In this document: positions 12,710-22,937 of the stretch, piece after piece
Position numbering within the stretch: position 1 is the first letter of the stretch
How the letters are laid out: every line of letters begins with the position of its first letter
DNA from: Polymyxa betae A26-41
Lineage: Eukaryota > Protista > Endomyxa: Phytomyxea
DNA: 60,999 bases
Assembly: GCA_003693705.1 (NCBI GenBank)
Contig: RBZT01000574.1
Location: 1-60,999, forward strand
Direction of reading: 5' to 3'
The notes under the pieces: generated by a model
The model's input: only the letters and a program-made list of their open reading frames with translations
Told to the model about the DNA's origin: nothing
Databases searched by the model: none
Made by a program: the position numbers and the translations under genes

Positions 12710-14525
12710 ATGGTCGGGCTCGGCGTCGACTGGCTGGCCGTGGGCGGCGTCACCGACGACGAGATCGAACGGCTGCGGGCGTTCGGGCTGCAGACGGCCG
12801 CCGACGTCCTGCAGTTCCGCGTCGCCGATCTCGCCGACAAGCTGCAGATGCCGCTGGAACGCGCCCTGGCTGTCGTCAAGGCCGCTCGAGGCCATCCTCG
12901 GACTGCCTGTAAGGCCAACAAGCTCTTCAGTCTAGGGTTTTAGGGTTTCCTCAATCAGCATTGTCGATGAATGCGCCTAAAACGTCTTGATTTGATTTCG
13001 TTTTTCAAGAAGTTTTTCTTTTGCTAAAATGGTTTCCTTGATCACGTTTTTTGGATGTTTTTCTTCTGCTAAAATGGTTTCCTTGAACAAGTTTTTGTGT
13101 TTTCTCTTTGAAGAGGGTTTGGTCTTTGCTGATGCTGTTTATTTCTCGCGTTTAAGCTGCAAATCGCTGAATGCTGTGATAGACAGTGATAACGAAGCGG
13201 CTGGCCCCATCTCAACCTCAACATTGCTGCTGCCAAGCGATCTGCAAGGAATCCTGGCCTCCGATCTGATCCGCCAACGCCGATCGTCGCCTTTCAAGCC
13301 GATCGTATCCATGTGCCCCGATTTAGATCGAATCTTGGGCGGCGGTTTTGCTATTGGACTGCTCACTGAAATTTGTGGGCTGCCAGGCCTTGGGAAAACA
13401 CAGCTCTGGTATTACTATAATTTCAAACCTTACCTATATCTACTGCAAACTTTTTCTCACATCAAAGTTGTATTTCGTATTTTTTCTCCCATCATTTAAA
13501 AAGATATCTTCAAGCATGAATCTTTGCATTTCTTTCATCATTTTTAGAGAAATCTTCAAGCGTGAATTTTTTCATTTCTCTCATCATTTTAGACGAAATC
13601 TTCAAGCATGAATCTTTGCATATCTCTCATGCTTTTAGAGGAAATTTTCATGCATGAAACTTTGCGAATTGTTTCTTGTTCTTTCACGTTTAACTGTAAA
13701 CATTCTTCATATGCGATGTTTGTTAAGTGTATCATTGGCAGTATGCAGTTAGCCTGTACTGTCCAGATTCCTCAGACCATGCAAGGCAACCAAGGCGAAG
13801 CGATCTATATCGGTGCGTGCTGTTCATTTCCTGATTACGATGTCGCTTAATTCTGGGTTAGATTGTGAAGGATCGCTGGTCGCACAACGACAATTGCAGG
13901 TCGGTTTCCTCAGAATCGTGGCAATGTCGATTCTGACCTCTCTCAGATCGCTGAAGCGCTCTGCGCCATTTTGCAAAAATCGGGCAACGCCATCTCCGCC
14001 GAGACGATGCTTTCGAGAATCCACGTCTATCGCGTCTTCAACGCCGTTCAGCAGCAAAGCGTCATTCGCGTCCTTCCTGCATTTCTCGCAGAGCACCCCA
14101 ACGTTCGCCTTCTGAGTACGCCCCATCAGCCCAGGGGCTAGCACCACCCTAACGTCGTGCTGTGTTTAGTTATCGATTCCGTCGCTTTCCACATGCGTCA
14201 TGGCGTTCCTGATTTGTCGCAGCGAACGCGGCTGCTGGCGTCGATGGCGCAGCAGCTGACGTTCCTGGCGCAGAAATTCCACCTGGCCGTGATCATGACG
14301 AATCAGATGGCGATCGCTGCCGACCGGGCGTCGTTGGTGCCCGCCCTGGGACCCAGCTGGGCCCATCATTCGAATCACAGAATCGTCTTAGAGCCGGCTG
14401 AAGCTGGAGCGTCGACGATGGCGAAATTGGTGAAGAGCCCATCGCATCCACCAGGTCAGGCTGAATTCGCCATTACAAAGGCTGGCATCAGGACGCCTGC
14501 CAGGAGTCCTCTCTCAGCTGGCTGA
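12710..14525 (+). CDS. RAD51C: DNA repair protein RAD51 paralog C (about 6 exons)
   Basis: N-terminal HhH-like region, LDRILGGG, Walker A GLPGLGKT, MQLACTVQIP...GEAIYIDCEGS, IDSVAFH, AVIMTNQM, PALGPSWAH, LVKSPS. Confidence 0.88.
13490..13665. repeat. Intronic tandem repeat, ~45 bp x ~4
   Basis: Recurring ATCTTCAAGCATGAATCTTTGCATTTCT.TCATCATTTT unit in RAD51C intron 2. Confidence 0.8.
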
Positions 14526-15024
14526 TCATTTGATGCTCGCTTTTGCTAATCCACAATGCGATTCTCTGCATCCGTTCAAATGCAAAAAGTTGTCAATACA
14601 CTTGATGTATGCTGGATGAGTTGTCAAGCTTCAGCGTATAACGACTAATATAATGGTGCTTTGCTAACTGGTTGATGGCAGTTTGAATATCAAGAGCATT
14701 ATATGTGACATTGTTAAAGTGAAGGGTTCAAAACAATATGCAGCTTATTGGTGTGGATTGGATCAGCATATAATACTTTGTTGATATATATCAACAGGCG
14801 GTGCTGTGTCCCTTGCACAAACCCTAAAGTACGACGGCTTATCGCGTTAACGATTCTCAGGAGCTCATACTTCCGTTTAAAAATTTTCAGCCATATTCTT
14901 ATCTGAAAATACGCAGAAACAACAGAAGTTGATAAAAGTCATTCATATATTAACAAGAAATCCACGATATCAGTTCGAGAATCGATAAATGCAGAGAAGC
15001 GATAATTAAGAGCGAGCACGACAA

Positions 15025-15888
15025 CTATGATTTCATATGCAGCTGCTGGTAGCAGTTCAACGAGCAGAGCGGCTTTGAGGTTTTCGAGCACGAATACAGC
15101 CTGGGCTTACCGCAACCGCATCGAGCCTTCTTTTCCGGCCTCGACAGCACCGGCTGCAGATTCAAGCTGTACCCATCAGGCAGAGTAACAGTGGCGATAT
15201 CATGCTCGTCATGAATGAAATTTCTGTAGCGGATGACGCCCGGGTGCGGCACCTTGATCTCCTCCAAGCGACGTTCAGCGGCCGACTTTCTTACATCATC
15301 GCCATTCCGCTGTCGCTTTTTGTCGGATTTCGCTTTGCGAACGCTGGTCTTCTTCAGCAGCCTTTCAATCGTCTCCTGTTTCGCTTGCTCTTCGATCTTA
15401 TCAAGCGCCAGCCTTCTTCTTCGTCTCATTTCGCTTTTTCTCAGAGCCGCTTCTTCTTTAGAAATTGGGCCTAAATCTTGCTCTTCTTCATCGTCTTCTT
15501 CGTCCTCATCTTCTTCGTCCTCCTCATCTTCAGCCTCTTGTGCCTGCTTTAAAGATCGTTGGCGACTCGTCAGCCGATCCTCGGATGGTGCAACCTTCTC
15601 GTCTTCCGATGACACATCCTTGGCATGGATTGCCTCTGGCTCTTCCTCAGGCTCTGGTTCCATTTCTTCAACATAATCGATCTCCGGTTCTAATACAGCA
15701 GGCTCTTCAATTATAGGGGGCTCCTCTTTAGGTTTCTTTTTATCCTCCTTTTTCACCTGCTGCAAGCGTCGCACATAGATCTTAATGGGCGGCCCGCGAA
15801 CGACCTGGATCAGCTCATACGGGTCGGTCTTGATTTCGAATTCGGTCGCCGATGATCGGCGAAGCCGAACCCGAATGCCGGTTGACAT
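15025..15888 (-). CDS. INO80B: INO80 complex subunit B / Ies2 (PAPA-1 domain + HIT zinc finger)
   Basis: LTSRQR, EEAALRKSEMRRRRR...ETIERLLKK PAPA-1 signature; C-terminal CGCGKPRLYSCSKTSKPLCSLNCY. Confidence 0.85.
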   Translation of the reverse strand: MSTGIRVRLRRSSATEFEIKTDPYELIQVVRGPPIKIYVRRLQQVKKEDKKKPKEEPPIIEEPAVLEPEIDYVEEMEPEPEEEPEAIHAKDVSSEDEKVAPSEDRLTSRQRSLKQAQEAEDEEDEEDEDEEDDEEEQDLGPISKEEAALRKSEMRRRRRLALDKIEEQAKQETIERLLKKTSVRKAKSDKKRQRNGDDVRKSAAERRLEEIKVPHPGVIRYRNFIHDEHDIATVTLPDGYSLNLQPVLSRPEKKARCGCGKPRLYSCSKTSKPLCSLNCYQQLHMKS

Positions 15889-16182
15889 TCTGGGCGGTAT
15901 GGTTACCGGTTACCGAGTAGACAGCTAAAGCAGTTGGCTGCGACTAGTGATGTCGCGACTCGAGCGATTCTCGCCTAGACAGACGGCGACGTGAAGGTGA
16001 TGAGCACTATATAGTTATGGGGTGATGGGGTCGTAATGCCGGGTCGAATGGAGAACCCCAACACAGGTCTGGGGTGGACTAATATAGAGACCGTCGGCCT
16101 TTAACGACCACTACCCGCGATCTCTTATAGTCCGAGATCATCTCTCTAAACCACCCAGTCCTGTGTCGTCCTGTAAGCCGCT

Positions 16183-16319
16183 CTGCATTCTGGAAGCGAA
16201 TCTGCATTCCAGAACGCGAATCTACATTCCAGAAAGCTAATCGGCATTCCAGAAGCGAATCTGCATTCCAGAAAGCGAATCGCCATTCCAAAAGCGAATC
16301 TGCATTTTTGAAGGGAATC
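16183..16319. repeat. Tandem minisatellite, 19-20 bp x 7 (CTGCATTCCAGAAGCGAAT)
   Basis: Directly visible head-to-tail units with no spacers; most units contain TTCnnGAA. Confidence 0.9.
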
Positions 16320-16356
16320 GGGTTGGAGAGTTTATCGCTGATACGAAGACAGCGTA

Positions 16357-17846
16357 TTAATTATAGTAGAGCTCGAGACTCATGCCGTCCAAGACCTCGT
16401 AAGCATCCAGGGTGATGTGGTCTTTGAAGACAGTGTACCATTTCTGAAGGCGAATCTTCTCGGGGCGAACGCCGACCTGGACGGCGATCAGTTGCTTGAG
16501 CTGCCCGACCGTATCGGTCTTGAGACATTTGACGCGCGTTTTCGTCCCGAGACGATCGTTCAGCACGACTGCAATGAAAGTCAGAATCAATCTGCTACTA
16601 AACAGCACAGATACAAACCTTCGATGGCGCCGGCAGACGACGTCCCGGCTCCTTGCAAACCTTTTTTCTCAGCAGCGAGAATCTCCATTGCTTGCTCTTC
16701 GAGTTTCGAAACTTTCCGCTTTTCGGGTTGATTTTTCAGCTTCATCTTGAGACGCAAAGCAGGTTTCTTCTCGATCCCAGTTTCAGCCGCGACTGGACCA
16801 GCACTGCAGCAAAAAATCAGTCGAGATCAATAACAGAGCTAACACATTTACCTGTTAGTCTCGGGTTTCTCTTCGTCGATCTTCTTAACATCATCTCCTT
16901 GATCAGCAGTAGTATCAGGTCTGTGCAGAAGGTTTGCCTCAGAAACGGAATGCAAAATAAGCAAAGCGAAAGCTGCCACAAAATCGTTCTAAAATAGAAT
17001 TACAAAAACAAGACTGAGGCCTGCTATGGAAAATAACACGAAAACCAGAAGCCAGATTAATGTCAAAAACCAAAAGCAAAGTTATGCTATTATTAAGACA
17101 TTGGAACCCGAATAGCAGCAAAATAAGGTCGAAAAGCAGATTGGAAGAAGCTCAAACTCGTTCAGTAACAATTAACAGCTTATAGCTAACCGCTGCTGAA
17201 GCGAAGGTGATTGATCCAGCTCTTTGTCCTGGGCGTGCTGGCTCATACCGGAATCGCGCTGTTCGTCACGATGATGCCTCTTCTCGTCGCGCTCTTTATC
17301 GTCATCGCGATCGTCCTTTCTATCGTGACCTCGACTGTCACGACGATCTCGATGGTCTCGATCGCGATGCCGATCGTGATCTGACGAGCGACGATGCGGG
17401 CGATCGTCGTGTCGTCGATCACTACGATTATGACGCCGATCACTATCGTAACGATCTTCATGACCATCGCGTCGTCGGCGATCATAACTGCTCCTACGAC
17501 GATCGTGATGTCGCTTTGGAGACCGAGAGCGATCCCGATCGTGACGTCTTGGAGATCTATCTCTGTCATGGCGTCGTGGCGACCTGTGTTTATCGTGATA
17601 TCGTCTCGAACGGTCTCCATCTCGGTGATGACGAGAACGATGGCGATCGCCTTCGTCGGATTTATCATCATCTCGGCTCTCACTCGGCGAACGCCTTGAC
17701 GCCTTCTTCGTATCGGCAGGATCCTTTCGCTCTCCATCGATCGCTGGCCAGACATTGACAGCTCTGGGTCTCATCTCTCCACTGCCGCTGGAGTTCGCAT
17801 CGTCGTCAGGCTTAACAGCAGCCGCCGACGCCGAAGGTGACGACAT
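16357..17846 (-). CDS. UBL5: Hub1/UBL5 ubiquitin-like domain with long N-terminal RS/RD/RH-rich extension (exons 17846-17191, 16920-16852, 16803-16619, 16568-16357; ~373 aa)
   Basis: C-terminal [17 protein letters not shown]...[30 protein letters not shown] is Hub1; Met1 position is Ala; upstream exons join in frame; exon 1 is [15 protein letters not shown]-rich. Hub1 domain is very secure, joining to exon 1 less so. Confidence 0.75.
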
Positions 17847-18342
17847 GAAATCACCAACAGAATCGATTTACGCATCAAACGACGTTCACGCATCATCTAA
17901 TTTGATGAAGTTGATTTCTCAGCCTTCAGCCCGTATAGAAATGTTGTAAGAAAACGAATTCAAACGCTGATGCTATTTGTAGCACTAAGAAACGACTTTC
18001 TGTCAAGGATAATTGTTGTAAAGTTTTAATCTTTTCGAACGGAATCTTCAGCCTAGGAAAGCGAGTTCAAACGCGCATGCAAAACAGCCTTCCCATGCAA
18101 GAATAGTTTGAGATGTTTTTGTATTTTTCAAGATTCAATCCTCAGCGACTAAAATGCAGATGTCCGAGAGCATGGTTTCGATAAACTATCAGCAGACAGA
18201 ATGCGATTGTTAGCTGAAGAGAGATCCGATCGACAGTTGCGATATGATTCATGTGAAAGTTGAGTCACATCGATCCAGGGTTGACTCGAGCTCAGAGGCA
18301 CCAGATCATAACCTTATTGATCCCGACATCCCCATCGAACCA

Positions 18343-19281
18343 ATGATATTTTTATTTATTGCACTCGTAACCTTACCCATGGCCAGAGCCGTCCTGTCGG
18401 TCAACGACATGATCGCGGCTCACAATTCGGCACGAGCCGAGATCGGCCTGGGCGCCGTCACCTGGATGGCGTCATTAGAAGCCAGCGCTCAAGCGGCGGT
18501 CGCCAACTGCCCTACCACCCATGATCCGAAGGCGAATTCGATCGAGAACTTGTCCTGGGGTTGGCCGACCATGACCACGGCCGAAGCCTTCAAGAACTGG
18601 TACGATGAGAAGCCCGCCTATCTGCCCCAATCGCAATCGTGTGCCGCCGGTCAAGTCTGCGGCCATTACATGAACATTGTCGGGCTAACCTCCATCGTTA
18701 TCACAGCACGTCTGCTGACTTTCCTGCCACAGGTCCAGTACGCCGGCATCGGCTGCGCCGTGAACAACTGTGCGAATCTGTTCGGCCAACCCAAGGTCGA
18801 CACGTACGCCTGTCATTACGCACCGATGTCGTCGGCGTCGACGACAGCACCAACAACGGCGCCAACAACGCCGCCCGTGACAGCGCCAGCGGCAATGCGG
18901 TCAAGTCCAGCGACGGCAACAGCAGCTCCAACGATGGCGGCGGATGCATCACAAAACACAACGAAACCGTCGGCGGCGGTCCCGAGCGTGGCGTCTGACA
19001 TCGTTTTGCCGCTGATGACCGCGATTGCCAACAGCAGCAGCGTATCAGGGCAGGATTGTTCGGGCGGAAACCGAACCGCTTCCGTGATGTTCGCTTTCAA
19101 GAACCGAGTTCCGGCCACACCCGACTTCGCCCAACCCGCCCCGAAATCGCGATGGTCGTCGTTCGACCAAACTAGATCGATGCCGACACCATCAAGCCGA
19201 CATAATCGTCGACCAAGTCGCTATGACCTGCAACCGCCACGGCAGCAACCCTGGGCGAGAACTGCCACCATCGTCGTTTAA
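18343..19281 (+). CDS. Secreted CAP/SCP/PR-1-like protein with Thr/Ala/Pro-rich tail (in-frame intron 18679-18732)
   Basis: Signal peptide MIFLFIALVTLPMARA; AHNSARA, ENLSWG, WYDEK, CGHY, IGCA, ACHYAP. Confidence 0.88.
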   Translation: MIFLFIALVTLPMARAVLSVNDMIAAHNSARAEIGLGAVTWMASLEASAQAAVANCPTTHDPKANSIENLSWGWPTMTTAEAFKNWYDEKPAYLPQSQSCAAGQVCGHYMNIVGLTSIVITARLLTFLPQVQYAGIGCAVNNCANLFGQPKVDTYACHYAPMSSASTTAPTTAPTTPPVTAPAAMRSSPATATAAPTMAADASQNTTKPSAAVPSVASDIVLPLMTAIANSSSVSGQDCSGGNRTASVMFAFKNRVPATPDFAQPAPKSRWSSFDQTRSMPTPSSRHNRRPSRYDLQPPRQQPWARTATIVV

Positions 19282-19911
19282 TAAATTATATTCTGAATCC
19301 AGGCGCTGTTTCCCTTTACCTGAATACTCGAGGCGTGGGTTACAAAAATGATTATTTTTAATCAGTGACTTTGTTATTCGTAATATAAAGTTTGTTTAAG
19401 AAAAAACAATGTTTCACCCTCGTCTTGGCTACCGGATAACTCAAACGTGGCGATCCAACGTTCAGTTCTGGCGATCATGACTATTATATGGTCGAAATAC
19501 GATCTTCACATTGGTCTTTCTTGTCAAATTCGAAGGCATCCGTTCTGATTTATTGTATCCACTAAAAGGTCGAAGATGGAGGATTCCGTATCCGATGCTG
19601 CTCTATCATTTTCACAGATGTAGATGTGCTGGCACTCGCATGAAAGTCACAATCTCTCTATGATCGATGGCTTCAAATTCAAATAAAGACGATCTAGATG
19701 GCGTTTCAATCTACGTACCAATGTCCCATATCTGACTGCTCTAACGTCTTCTTGTTTGCAGGCCCTCTATCGGAACAATATTTTCTCGCAAACTATCTGA
19801 ACAATATGTTCTCGCTAACGATTCTGCGTCCTATCAGCGGAATGATCAGCAGATGCCTTGCCGCAGGGACGGCTTCAAATCTTCTCCATTTAACGCGGAA
19901 AACATCTGAAT

Positions 19912-21120
19912 TTAGTGGAAATGAATAATGCCATTTGCCGTTGTGGCGAAGGAAATAATCCGGTAGTTATTCCCAGGATCCTGCGGTGCCGGCCCGCCCA
20001 GATTTCCGGCAGCGTTTCGAAAATGTGTTCGTGTGATGTTCCCCATTGAGCGTGCACTCTCGACATTCCCGGCCAACTGGACCATGCCTGGTACCGGCGC
20101 CCCATCGGCTGGATCCACTGGTGGTGAGATCATTCGCCGCGCATCGACGCTGTTAAGAATGGCTTGGAAGCCAGGAGCCTGGCCATCGACACGGATTAGC
20201 ATCATATAGGGCGGATCAAGGAAATTGTCGATCCACGGCCGGGACGCCACCCATTCGCCAAGCTTGACTTCGAGCTCGTTCGCCAGTTGGCGCTCCTCGG
20301 CTGTCGCCCCGCAGCTGAGCGTCGCATCGACGGCTGATGACGATTTCTGAGCTATCAGCAACGGCAGCATCTCGCTGATAGCCGGATTGTCAGATTCCGC
20401 CAGCGGCTGTAGCAGCTGAGCATACTTCTGGATGGGAATGGGCGGTTTGCGTTCAGCGTCCGATAACTCACAGAGACGCTCCTCTTCCCGTTGCAGGTAA
20501 AGCAGGTCGGCGCCGAGCTCTGGATAGCCTGCGATTGACGGGATGGATTCGACAAGTTGATGGGCGTCGTCGACAGGAGATATTTGAGGCTCCTCCAGGC
20601 GCTCAAATAGTAGGTCACGATCTTCAAGGCGTGTTGCTCTAAGCGCCTGCCATAAATGATAGGTCAGGGCAGCGATCGCGATCTTTCTGGCATCTCCGAA
20701 CGAGTCGGTTTCCAGCAGGCCAATAACGCGTCGCAACTCGGAGATGGTGACGGCTTTGATGTTCTCTATTGACGCAACGAAAGCGTCGATATTATCGGTA
20801 TCGATGACGACCTCGGCCGGCGGCGGTTCTTCTCCCAGCAGGCGACTGATCAAAACAGACTTCGTGCCGCTCGTGGCCATAGACCGCATCTGTAGCAGCT
20901 GGCGCAGTTGCTTTTCCGTCAGCAGTTCGACGTCGACTTCCAATATGCGACTGCTCGAAGGGTCAGACGACGCTGCATTTTGCCGACCATGTCGACCGAG
21001 AGCTTCACTGACAGTGAACGTCGGCGGCCAGAGACAAACAATGCGCCATATGTTTGAGAATTCTACTGCGCTTTCAACATGTCCTTCCTCAATCCGATGT
21101 ATTTGTCGACATTGTGGCAT
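19912..21120 (-). CDS. SAP-domain-containing hypothetical protein (start uncertain)
   Basis: 402-aa ORF; LTEKQLRQLLQMRSMATSGTKSVLISRLL fits the SAP motif. Confidence 0.6.
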   Translation of the reverse strand: MPQCRQIHRIEEGHVESAVEFSNIWRIVCLWPPTFTVSEALGRHGRQNAASSDPSSSRILEVDVELLTEKQLRQLLQMRSMATSGTKSVLISRLLGEEPPPAEVVIDTDNIDAFVASIENIKAVTISELRRVIGLLETDSFGDARKIAIAALTYHLWQALRATRLEDRDLLFERLEEPQISPVDDAHQLVESIPSIAGYPELGADLLYLQREEERLCELSDAERKPPIPIQKYAQLLQPLAESDNPAISEMLPLLIAQKSSSAVDATLSCGATAEERQLANELEVKLGEWVASRPWIDNFLDPPYMMLIRVDGQAPGFQAILNSVDARRMISPPVDPADGAPVPGMVQLAGNVESARSMGNITRTHFRNAAGNLGGPAPQDPGNNYRIISFATTANGIIHFH

Positions 21121-21329
21121 TCGTATGGCTTCTCTACACTCATAATCTAACTTGTTTATCTTTTGAAGATATTTTTTGTCCCAGGACCTAGTTCTAGGAT
21201 GAAATTTTCAACTTAATCATCAATTCTAAATCAATATGTTGTATTGAAGTTGAGCTTCAGCAAAATTTAAAAGAGCTTTTATGATACCAGGTAAAACCAG
21301 ATTTTGACCATTTCTCCCTCGAGTCTGGA

Positions 21330-21459
21330 AGCCGCACAGTCAGCTACATTATACACTCGCTCATACGTTTACATATCGGCACCAAGGCTAATCGCGACTC
21401 TGGCCGAGCTCAGTCGTCAAGCTGATGCATACGACGACTGGGCCGAACTTGCCGCCATT
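21330..21459 (+). pseudogene. Degenerate duplicate of TAP42 5' flank and first ~23 codons
   Basis: ATLAELSRQADAYDDWAELAAI vs MATLAELWRQAEESDDWADLVAI; ATG replaced by ATC. Confidence 0.75.
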
Positions 21460-22049
21460 TACCCAGTTGATTTTGTGAGTGCAGAGGCCAAGTCGTAGAG
21501 AGTTTCTTTCCACTTTCCAGCAAACGTAGCTACCCTTCGGCCAGCAAACCAAGACAGACGTCAAATGACACTAACGACAGTGCCAGCAAGGACGACAATA
21601 TCGTCATCGACAGCAAAAAATCTCCACCGACGACTGCGTCTGCAATCAACAGCTCAACGAAGGTATCGCCTGCTCAGATTGGCGTTAGCAGAATCTATGC
21701 ACGGCACTAAACTACTTTTGTAAATGCTGGATGAAAAAACAGAATCCAGGCCACCCCGACTTCCCTCAACCCGACCCAGAACTGCGGCGGTGCGTTAAAG
21801 TACCAAATTAGGTCGAGGCCGACTCCATCAAACCCGATACAATCGTCATCCACTGCATGCCACACCAGCAATCTTGGGCGAGAAAAGGTACCAACGTCGT
21901 TTGATAAAGTGCCTTAAATATAATCTGGCATCAATCAATAAAGCGAAAGAAGACGAGTCGGGAGGCCACGCAGTCGGCGTCATCGCCGGCTCATTTTAGA
22001 CTCTGAATAGGGCTAGACCCCAGTCTGGACCCCATCGTCCCATCACCTA

Positions 22050-22937
22050 ATGGCGACTTTGGCCGAGCTCTGGCGTCAAGCTGAGGAATCCGACGACTGG
22101 GCCGACCTAGTCGCCATCGTCGATCGGGAGCGATTGTTCTCACCCAATGAGGAGCTCGACGAGGTCCCGACTTCGGCCCTGCGCTACGCCCTGGCCCCAT
22201 ATCGTCATGCGCAGGCTTCGCTCAAAGAGCAGAACCCAGACTCACGGCGTCGTGTCATCGAAAGAGCCAGCTCTGAGCTACACCGCTTCTTGGAGCTTAC
22301 CAGGATCTGGGGAGTGTACGTCCCAGAGCCTGCTGAGGACCCCGATGCCCGACGTCGCGAGAAAATCTCCGACTTCAAGAGGCGGAAGGAGATCACGGAA
22401 CGAATTAAGACGATTGAAGCGATTCAGGAGCGACGTCGTCTTGATGCTGATTCCGGAGACGATCTTGAAGAAATACAGCGCGAATGTTGGCTGTTGCAAA
22501 TCGAGGCGGCCGCTCGTGATGCCCAGAACATGATAACGATGAATGAACGAGAATTAGAGATGTTGCAGTTCAGAGAGACGTTGCCGAATGAGGGCCGTAA
22601 GGTTGAGACGCCTCCGCCTCCACGTATGGAGACATTCCGAATCAATAAGGATTACTCTGTTGAGAAGGTGACCTTGGGCGGCACCCCGCTTAATCGTCGA
22701 CAGCAGCTGAGGTCCGAAGTGTTTCGTGATCGAAATCTGCCAACAATGACGTTGGACGAGTTCGCTGAGAAGCAGCTGGCCGAAGCCCTGGATCGTCAAC
22801 AGCGGCAACAAGTGCAGGAGGGCGCTCAGAAGGACAGTGACGAGAGCGAGAGCGATTCTGAAATCTACAAACAGAGGGCGTGGGATAACTGGAAAGACGA
22901 CCATGAAAAGGGAATTGGAAATAAAGGCTACATGTAA
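22050..22937 (+). CDS. TAP42: PP2A regulatory subunit TAP42/alpha4
   Basis: LFSPNEELDEVPTSALRY, RREKI, NLPTMTLDEF, RAWDNWKDDHEKGIGN. Confidence 0.92.
   Translation: MATLAELWRQAEESDDWADLVAIVDRERLFSPNEELDEVPTSALRYALAPYRHAQASLKEQNPDSRRRVIERASSELHRFLELTRIWGVYVPEPAEDPDARRREKISDFKRRKEITERIKTIEAIQERRRLDADSGDDLEEIQRECWLLQIEAAARDAQNMITMNERELEMLQFRETLPNEGRKVETPPPPRMETFRINKDYSVEKVTLGGTPLNRRQQLRSEVFRDRNLPTMTLDEFAEKQLAEALDRQQRQQVQEGAQKDSDESESDSEIYKQRAWDNWKDDHEKGIGNKGYM

Noticed and set aside
16141-16156. CTAAACC as a telomerase RNA template
   Set aside because: Match is too short (CTAAACCAC) to template TTTAGGG or TTTTAGGG with realignment
16183-16319. CRISPR-like array
   Set aside because: Units are contiguous with no unique spacers, there are no cas genes, and the context is eukaryotic
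17207-17758. D/R/H-rich and I/V-rich alternative ORFs
   Set aside because: Frame and antisense shadows of the low-complexity RS/RD exon
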